From NCBI GenBank assembly GCA_947591505.1, contig CANQDM010000002.1, positions 1-60,682 of the forward strand: DNA of 60,682 bases, in the 5' to 3' direction. Under the pieces are notes generated by a model. It was not told where the DNA came from, did no database searches, and saw nothing but the letters and a program-made list of their open reading frames with translations. Position numbers and translations under genes: made by a program. Every line of letters starts with the position of its first letter. Within the stretch, counting starts at the first letter, position 1. Positions 37,123 to 46,700 of the stretch are shown here, one piece after another. This DNA comes from an uncultured Bacilli bacterium (lineage in GTDB: Bacteria > Bacillota_I > Bacilli_A > RF39 > UBA660).

Positions 37123-37748
37123 TATACAATTCCCCTAATATTTTCAATTTTATCTTCAAAACCTTCTGATATTATAAATTCTATAGATGTATTAATTTTT
37201 GATTGAATTAAAATTGATATTTGTCCAAATAAAATTTTACAATAATTTTCAATCTTTTTGCCTTCTTCTATTGAACACTCTTTATCATTATAAGAAAATT
37301 CAAATACTATACTTCTTGAACTTGTTTTGTTTTTGTTTATTGGTGTTCCATAATATACAAAATCCCCATCTTCAAATAAAACTTTTTCTAATGTTTGTTG
37401 TAAATATTCTGGCGATAAATCGCAATTGTTCATTATTGCACCATAAATTTCATTTATTTCATCATCAGATAATCTTTCTATGTGAATATTGTTTCGCAAG
37501 AAAATGTATTTACTTCCTAATGATGAAAATTTTTTATAAAAATTATTATCAGAAATATCATTAGTTGGAATTTTTACATCTAACTTTTCAATTGATAAAT
37601 CTATATTATTGAAATAAACAATTGATTTTAATAAATTTTCAAAACTTTGTTTATATTTAACTTGTAGTTTTAAAAATTCATTTGCTGATATATTTTTTTG
37701 AAATAATTCCTTATAATCATAAGAATCTGGTAAATATCTATATTCCAT
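37122..37748 (-). CDS. candidate immunity protein for the giant effector
   Basis: ATG at 37748 with GGAGGT embedded in the last codons of the giant ORF; the call rests on position only. Confidence 0.45.
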   Translation of the reverse strand: MEYRYLPDSYDYKELFQKNISANEFLKLQVKYKQSFENLLKSIVYFNNIDLSIEKLDVKIPTNDISDNNFYKKFSSLGSKYIFLRNNIHIERLSDDEINEIYGAIMNNCDLSPEYLQQTLEKVLFEDGDFVYYGTPINKNKTSSRSIVFEFSYNDKECSIEEGKKIENYCKILFGQISILIQSKINTSIEFIISEGFEDKIENIRGIV

Positions 37749-37749
37749 C

Positions 37750-40700
37750 TTAACCTCCATTTATTATATTAAAAATTATACTATAAATTGATATACGAGT
37801 TGTATGACTATTTGGTATGAATCTATATTTTCCACTCCAAGATGAAACCATTAAATCACCATTTTCAAACATATCTGTAATTAGCATAGCATGACCGCCA
37901 ATATTTTTCAATGTTTTGCCTTCAATTTTTATGTGTGTTAATGCAGCATCATCTCCAACTGTTAAATTATTATCTAAAGATTCTAAATCAAATCCACTAC
38001 TTCCAAGAATCCAAAATCCTTTGTTATTTAATGAATTAATTACAATATCTTTTTTGTAATCTTCAAGGTCGAACATATTATGATTTAATTCTACATTTAT
38101 ACCTTTACTAGCAAAATAACTATTGGTAACAGTTTCATATATCATTGCACTCATTCCATGTGAATTTTTAAGTAACTCATCTATTGTACTATTATTTTCA
38201 ACAACTTTATGAATGTGTAAGTAAAAATCTAATGCTACAGCTTCTAAATTTGGAGATTTTGTTATTCCATCAGTTACACTCAAATTAAAGCCCATTTTTT
38301 CCAAAAATATATTAGAACCATTCTCAATACTATTCATATAAGTTATAAAGCTATTAGCTATTGCCATATATGCACAACCACATTCTTCATAAGCTTTAGC
38401 AATGTTTTTTAAATCTGTTTCTTGAGCATCAGGATAATAATTTTTTATTATTTTAATTAATATTTCGCTTTTTTGCCTATTTATTTCTGATAATTGTTCT
38501 CCAGATAAAGCTGAAACAACAATTTCTCTTACATCACTTTGATTTCCACCATAAGCATTATCTTTAAAAATTTCATTACTATTTTGGTATTTATTTATAT
38601 TAAATTGACTCTTTGGTAGGCTATCTAAATTAATTGGCTCTATTTTAAAATTAGTAGCATTATATAAATCATTTAAAGTAATAAAATTATCTAAATATAG
38701 AGTATCACCAATAGTTGGAAAATATTGTTCAAATTCTTGATTGTCAATTGTATAAGTTAACTTATAAACACTATATTTATCATCAACTTTTAGATCAAAA
38801 GTTGATTGAATAAATGGTTCAATAGAAATTATTTTTACACTATTTATTTGTTTGCTACGAGCTAATCTAGTCAAATCAGTTGATCCATATCTAAATCTAA
38901 CTAGATGTTTTTCTATCTCTCCATTTATTTCTAATGTAATAACATTTAAACCATCTTTTGTATTATCGTTTATACTTAAAGTGTTTTTTATAACATCTTC
39001 AGTTATGGACACTATTTTTAATTTATCAGATAATATTGCATCATATTGAGAAACTAATTCAGTTAACAAATCTAGTTTTCCATAACTCTTCATAGATTTT
39101 TTTATATATTCAATTCCATCAATTGTATATTTTATATCGAAGTATCCATCTTTTCTTATTGTAGCATCTGTTGGAATCTCAATAAGTGCATTACTAATAA
39201 TTTTATTGCATAAATTTTGTTTGGCTTTTTTATCAAAATTTCGCAATACTTCTTTCTGACTATCATATTCACCATGAAATCCAAACGGTAAACATTGCAA
39301 AACTTTAGCTGCTAATTGTGGATTATTTATCATTATATCATCATTACCATAATTTTTTAAAAATTCTTCAATAAAAATCGTACCACTATCGATATCAGCT
39401 TCTAAAGTTTTTCCTAAATCAAAGAAAACAGTTGAAAAAAAGTTTGACAATAATTTAGGATCTATTTTAAACAATTTGTTTCTAAAATTGTTAGAAATTA
39501 CTATAACATTACTATTATATTTAATAAATGCCTTAGCAATTTCTAAAAATTGTTCATCAGATAAAGAATCAAAGTAATTTGTTATTTCCTCATTATCAAA
39601 TATTTTTAATAATTCATCATTAGATAAACCATCAAATAATGAAGCAAATTTATTAGGAAGATCAGCCAAGTTTTTAGTAATAAAATAAGTTAATTTTTCG
39701 TGGCCAATTACCTTTCTTAACATTATTAAGTCATCTTCAATTAAATCATAAAATTGTTGATTACTTAATTTTAATAAAGAATTAGTTTCAATTAATTTAT
39801 CAATTATTCTTTCTTTTAGTTCAGTTAAATCTTTATAACCTTGTGGTAAAGTTTCCTCTGTTATATTTTTAATTTCCTTAATTAAATTATCAATTTCTCC
39901 ATTAGTATTAATTGTTGAAATAAGTCTATTTTCTAATAATTGTGATTCTTCTAAAATCCTTAAAATATTTGCATCATCAAATTTATTACTAACTAAATAT
40001 GTAGTAATGATATTAGCATTTAATTCAATTTTAGAATTATTTATTTCTATTAATCTTTTTAATTCTTTTAATCTATTAACATATTTCCCTTGCTGTTCAT
40101 CAAAAATCCATATAGCTTGTAAATCATTAATAGAAATTGCTCCCATTTGATTATCTGCAAGTTTATCAACTGAAACCTCTAATACAGGTCTTTTATCATA
40201 ATAATAAGTCTTATCACTACCTTGAGTCCAAAAAACTTCATTAATATGTCCACCCTTTAATTTGCCCTCTTTAGGTCTTACAAATCCTGAATTAAGTATA
40301 TCTGTAACTTGATTCATCCCTGTAACTCGATAAATACTATTTTCATTAGTTGCCATTGCAATTGGATTATTTTTTCCGAATGCAAGGCCACCTTTAAACA
40401 CTCTATTTCTAACATTAATTATTCTTTCTGAATCATCTAAATGTTCAACTGATGAAGGTGACATTTCCATGTAGTAAGCATTAGCTAGTTTTGGAATCTT
40501 TATTGAATTATCAATGACATCACTAATTATAGGTGAAATTGAACATTCATCTATTCGCTCAAAAAGTTTATCAATTTCATTAATACTAAACATTTTTTGC
40601 TCAAAGTCGCCATCATAACATAAAGTAATATAATCCTTATTATTTATATCTTCAATTCTAGCTTCAAATAACTCTAAAAATATTTTGTTAGGTACTTTGA

Positions 40701-43700
40701 TTACAATTTTTTTATTTGCAAAACAATTTATTGCATTTATGTTAAATACTATTTGATCAAAATTATAATTATTATGTAGAATATTTGGATTACCTGATAT
40801 ATTTTTGCTACTTAATACAATGGTATCAATTCCTTCAATTGTATCTGAAAATGGTGCTAGTATATTTCCATCTAAAAGTTCTTTTATGTATGGACTAAAT
40901 ATTAATTCATCCTCATCTGTTAAAACATCAATATCGGAAATATTACCTGTTTCAAAGAAATTAACAAATCCATTCCATATGTTCTCCATAAAATCTATAT
41001 AATCTTTACCTAATAAATTTTCTAACACATTAATATTTTGAGTTCCATATATTGCATCCATAAATTTCAATGTTGTATACGCCGCAACTTGTTCATTTAA
41101 TGATAAGCTAATTGCTGCAACATTTTTATAATAATCTTCTTCATGTTGATAAATTGTAGTATCTGGAGCTAGTCTTTCTATTTCACCGAATTGATTCACT
41201 AATACTAATTTATCAGATCCTAAAAACAAATCATGAAATAAACCGCTAATATCTGGATAACATACAGTTTGTTGATTTAACAAGTTACTTTTTATATTTG
41301 ATTTTATTTTTCTTGCTTCGTTTTCAAATACTTCTTTTCTATAATTTTCTAAAGCATTGTCATCAAATGTAGCATGACCATCAGTAGAATCAAATAATAT
41401 ATCTTGTAATGTTTGCTTATCTAAAGCTGCCACTTGTTCAGTTAAAATTTTCTCATAATTATTTAAAAATATTTGTTCTGTTTGTTCAGCAACTGATCCA
41501 TATGCAAAGTAAAAGTTTTTAAAAAATCTCGAAATTAAATCACTGTTTTTGCTTATATGATTTTGTACTTTAGACAATACTGATAAATAATTTCTAGGTA
41601 TTTTAGCTTTAAATATTGCATCAAACATAGAATGACCAAATTCATGAAAGAAAACTCTCATTTCATTAAAATTATCATATGCCTTATAGCCTACAAATAT
41701 TGGTTCATTTTTAGCTGTATATCCTTCTTCGGCTAAAGTAAACTTTACTCCAAAATTTTTGTTTAATGTTTTTATTTTTTCTATATTTGCTATTATTGTA
41801 GCAACATCACTTTTTCCATTTAATTTTGCTTTTTCTAAAACAGCACTCATTAAATTAGAAAAAGTTTTAGAAGCAACTGAATCATATAATCCTTCTCTAA
41901 AATATTTCTTTGTTTCTTCATATTCTTGTAATCCTATTTTTTTCGTATAAAATAATATTTTATCATCTGATGAATAAAGTTTTTTTATTGTTTCCAATTC
42001 TTCTAATGTTGTAGGAATAAATATTTTATAATCTGCATGTTCACTTAATACAACATATGATAATGTGCTATTATCCAATTTATCTACTATTTTTTCTATA
42101 TCAGATAAACTTTCTAATTTTATTTCATAACTTTCATTTTGGCTTGCTAAATCATTTGCCATTTCTATTTCATCAATAATATATTGTTCTTTTCTTTGCT
42201 TAAATACCTCTTCTAAATCTTCTGGTTTATAAATTTTTTTAGATGTTATATCGTATAAAAAATATTCTTCATTAAATAAATTAACATCATTAGTTACTTT
42301 TTCTAAAGATTCAAAATTATCAACAACATAAACATTCATTCCACTGCTTAATTTAAAAAGAATAGTTCTTGGATCAAGCAAAAAAGTAAATACATCAGTA
42401 TTAATTTTAAAGAACTCATCTTCAGAAATGCTAAATTCAAAACTATCAGGATACTTTATCATTGTTTCAGCTGCAAAAATTTTGTTTTCTAATTTGGTAT
42501 AATATTCCAATGAATTTTCTTCAGCAATTCTTTCTAAAATAAGATTTCTCATTGCATCATAATCATAAAATTCTCTTGTTTTTATATCAAAATATATTCG
42601 TGTTGAATATTTTCGTTGTAAATCACTTAACGATAATGGAATAACAATTTCTTGAACATTTTCCATATCATTTGGAAAAATTGAAATATTTTTACTAAAA
42701 TTAGCGAACGATTTAAGTATATCATCAGAAACAAATTTCAAATCATCATGATATTCAATATCTATACCATATGTTCCTAAACTACCACTTTCATTTATTT
42801 TATTAAGATCTTCAATAGCTTCATTTAATTCTTGTTCTAATAAATTGATTCTTCTTATATAAGAATTAGTTTCTAAATTACCAGATTTAATACTATCAAG
42901 TATACTTTTAGTAATAGAATCCAAATTTTCTTCTAAAACTAACTGAATATTTTCTTTAGAAAGCTTATTATTCCTTTTTAATTCTAAAAATTTATCTGCT
43001 ATTAGCTCTTTATTTTTATTAACAATATCAATAATAAGGGTAAATAATTTTACTGAATTATCATCTGTTCCTAAAAATGAATCAATTGATAATCCTAAAT
43101 AACTATATATAGAATGATAAGCAATATAATATTTATCATTAGCTGTAAGAGTATCTTCATAATCTAACATATCAATTTCATAAAATGGAAGATTATATTT
43201 TTTTGCCATTAAAATTGCTTTATTGTAATCTGAATTTAAATCTTTTTCTCCATAACCAATATAAAGTATTCCACAAGGTTTGGAATCAACTAAAACTTCA
43301 TTATATTGAGTGCTGAAATAAGGACTTTCTCCATTTTCTAAAGTTATTTTCATTCCTTCTTGTTCCAAAGCAGCTGGTGTTACTAAAATAGTACCTTTTT
43401 CTTTGTTCTTTATTCCTTTTCCAAAAACATTTGAATTTAAATCCCATGCACTAGCACTAATAATGTGAGAATCACTTGGATAAATAAATCCAATTCTTCT
43501 AGTTGTTGAGCCATAAGTAGCAATTAAATTAGAAGTTATTAAAGAAGTTGAATGTTGATCTTGTCTATTTATTAGATTGTCTGCTTGATAATTCAATGGT
43601 CCAAAAATATTAGAAAATAATACAGAAAAGTTTTTATCTTGTATAGAGCTATCTAATGAATTTTCCCATATTTTTTCAATTAAATCAGAATACTTTCTCT

Positions 43701-46700
43701 CTAATCTTTTTAAGCCATTTTCATTTTCTTTTAAATATTCATAATCCATAACTAAATCCAATTTTTCTTGATCAATTAATAAATCTCTATAATTTGGATT
43801 AGCAATTATAGATCTTAATGATGATAATGCTAAACTTAACCCTTCTTTACCAAATTTACCACTGTATGGGTTATCAGTCATAATGGTATCTACATTATTA
43901 TTTATAAAATTAATTAAAGTAGTCTCTAAAAAGTCAATTTGTTTTGATATAACAGAAATATCACCATCTAATGATATACTTTTTATGTATGGAATATATT
44001 CACTTAGTTGAGGATTATTTAAAAACACTTTGCTTTGCATTCCATATTTATATCTTATCGCATCCATTAAAATATATATGTCTTGTTCTTCAAAATTCAC
44101 TTCGATATTTTTAGATAATTTATTTTCCAATTCATAAAAATATTCTGTATCACTATAAAATTCAGATGATTCATTGTGCCAAAGCCAAGTTTCTTGTTCA
44201 AAAGTTCTAATCTCTTTTAAAATTCTTTCTTTATAAGCAGAATATTTTTTCAATCCAAAGTTGTAAGTAATATCTTCTTTAATATGTGTAGCATCACTTA
44301 AAACACTATCATACAATTTTTTATAATAATTTTCTGCCTTTATTGTATCAATTTTTATTGGTAAACCTTGGTTAAATTTAATTAACTCTTCACCTTTTAA
44401 AGAATAATAAAATCCTAAACTATACCTACTACTATCTTTAACAAAATCAAGAGAAAATGATGGATCATATATAACTACTGGTTCTGTTCCATAACCATTT
44501 GGATAAATTAAATTATAAGCATGATTTTCACCATTTCTAATACCTGATGCAAATTCAGAATCAATTCCTAAAAATTTAAATAAATTATGAGCAAGTCCAG
44601 CTTTTTCTGAACAAAATGCACAAGAATTAGCAATAATATCTCTTATAGAAACTTTTCCATCTTCTAAATGACTTGCATAACAATCAAGTCTTTTAAATCC
44701 TACATCATTTGAAGGTAAATAGTTATTTATAATTTCAAATATTTTAGTAAATAAAATTGGCTCATTATAATCATTTCCACTTTTTAAACTATTAATAAGT
44801 TCAATATAAGGTGATATATCATCATATACTAAGTCTGGACAGTCATGATTCATAATTTTATCAGCAGGTTTAAAATGAATAACCTCTGAAATGAAATTTT
44901 GAAAACTATCAGTATAATTTTGTCCCACAGTTTTTTCTTCACTAATACTTTCAAGTTCACTTAATCTTTCTTTAACAAATTCTTCAATTTCAGCAGGAGT
45001 CTTAAGATCAAAAATTCTTTCTTTTATTTTTTCTTTTAAAGGAATAGTATCCTCTGCATTTTCTGATGAATTATTTGAAGAAGGTGAATTTTCTGATTCA
45101 AGGGATGAATTTAAAATTTCTTCTATTCCAGACAATTTACTAGTTAATTCTTCACTTGTTACAGATTCACCATGAATAAAAGCCGAATCTAATTTTGCAT
45201 AATAACTAAATTCATTTGTTGAGCCATGCATTTCATTCTTAATATTTAATACAAATTCCACATCTATTTTATTAATCAACTCATAAATGTTTTGAATTTT
45301 TTGCATATTTGTACTTAGAACAAATGAATCGCTTACTGTAGTCCCAATTACTGAATTTAATATATTAAATAATTCACTATCATAATTATGAGGATAAAAA
45401 GCTATAGAGTATGGAATATCTCTTGATAAACTTTTTTGAAAAGAAAGGTCAAAATCATAACCATCCAATGCACTTAAAATACTTGGTAAATATTTAGAAA
45501 ATGTTGGAGTAATCTTGAAAGAAATATAAGGTGAATGTTCACCATATTCACCAATATGCCCTCCACAACTTGCATGTGTTTCAATACCATTTTGATAAGA
45601 TGTTAAAAGTAATGCTTCAAGTGCTTTATTTCCTTCAGCAAAATCATGAGCTGCTTTACTATAATCATCAATATCGGTTATATCAATTGGCTTACCATTA
45701 TTCATTCCCTTACTATCTGTATATATTTTTACATCTTTAAGAATTCCTCTTAATCTAGCTTTTGCTTTATCTTTCATATATTTAGAAATTTGCATTTCAA
45801 TAGTTCCATGTCTTAAGAAACTGATTTCGCTATCTGTTAATACTTCTCCATTTTTAGATTTTTGAACAACATCATAATATGCTTGTAATTCGCTACGATT
45901 TATTTCTAATACTTGAGCAAATTGTTGTGCTTTTGTCGTTCCATTCAATTTATTATACATATTATTAGCGATTGCATAACTTGCTCTTACAGTTGTTTTA
46001 GTACCTCCAAACGAACCAAAAGTTATACCAGATACAAATCCACCTAAAAATGCTTGAAAGGCTTGATTACTAAAATCTTTCATAGTTTTTATTAAAGCAG
46101 TATTTTCATCATCACCGTTTAAAATATAATTATTAATAGATTGAGTATAATTGCTTAAATCTTTTGCAATAAAGATATCAGCAACATAGTTTAAAATTTC
46201 TGTAGTAAATTCTTCTTCACCTTCAACAAATCCTTGACTTAAAGCTGATGCTCCCACATAAAAACTTTTAGTAACTAAATTAGCAATTGTTGGATTACTA
46301 ATATTGCTAGCAATTTTATTAGTTAATTTTAAAACATTTTCACTTAGTTTTTCTTCTAAATTCAATAAATGACTTACTGAATAGCTCTCCATTGCTGTTT
46401 CAACAACAGAAGATGTAAATGCTAAAGCAACAGCTTCACCATCTGATAGTCCTCTATCTAAAGCATCATTTAATGTAGAAACATAAGCTCTTGAACCCAT
46501 TGTTGCTGCACTTATTAAAGGTGTTGCTACTCCTCCAGTTGCTACACTAATTCCAATTAATTCAAGACTATCTATCATACTCATTCCTGTACTATACAAG
46601 AAAGATAAAGTTTCACTATTCTTAGCAATATCAGAAGCAACTTGTGTTCTCCATATATCACCAGAACTATATACATCTACTCTTCTTATTTTTTGACCAG

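Noticed and set aside
37199-37564. 121-aa plus-strand ORF (likewise 36857..37138, 38852..39049, 40805..41002, 41759..41950, 45531..45740)
   Set aside because: These are shadow ORFs antisense to the immunity-candidate and giant genes, with no start context and only L/F/I/N-rich low-complexity translations.
40150-40345. Possible ADP-ribosyltransferase-like R...S/T...E pattern in the giant protein (IYRVTGMNQV ... FWTQGSD ... VLEVS)
   Set aside because: It rests on three short, loosely spaced matches with no supporting flanking pattern. That is too weak to call without a profile or structure search.
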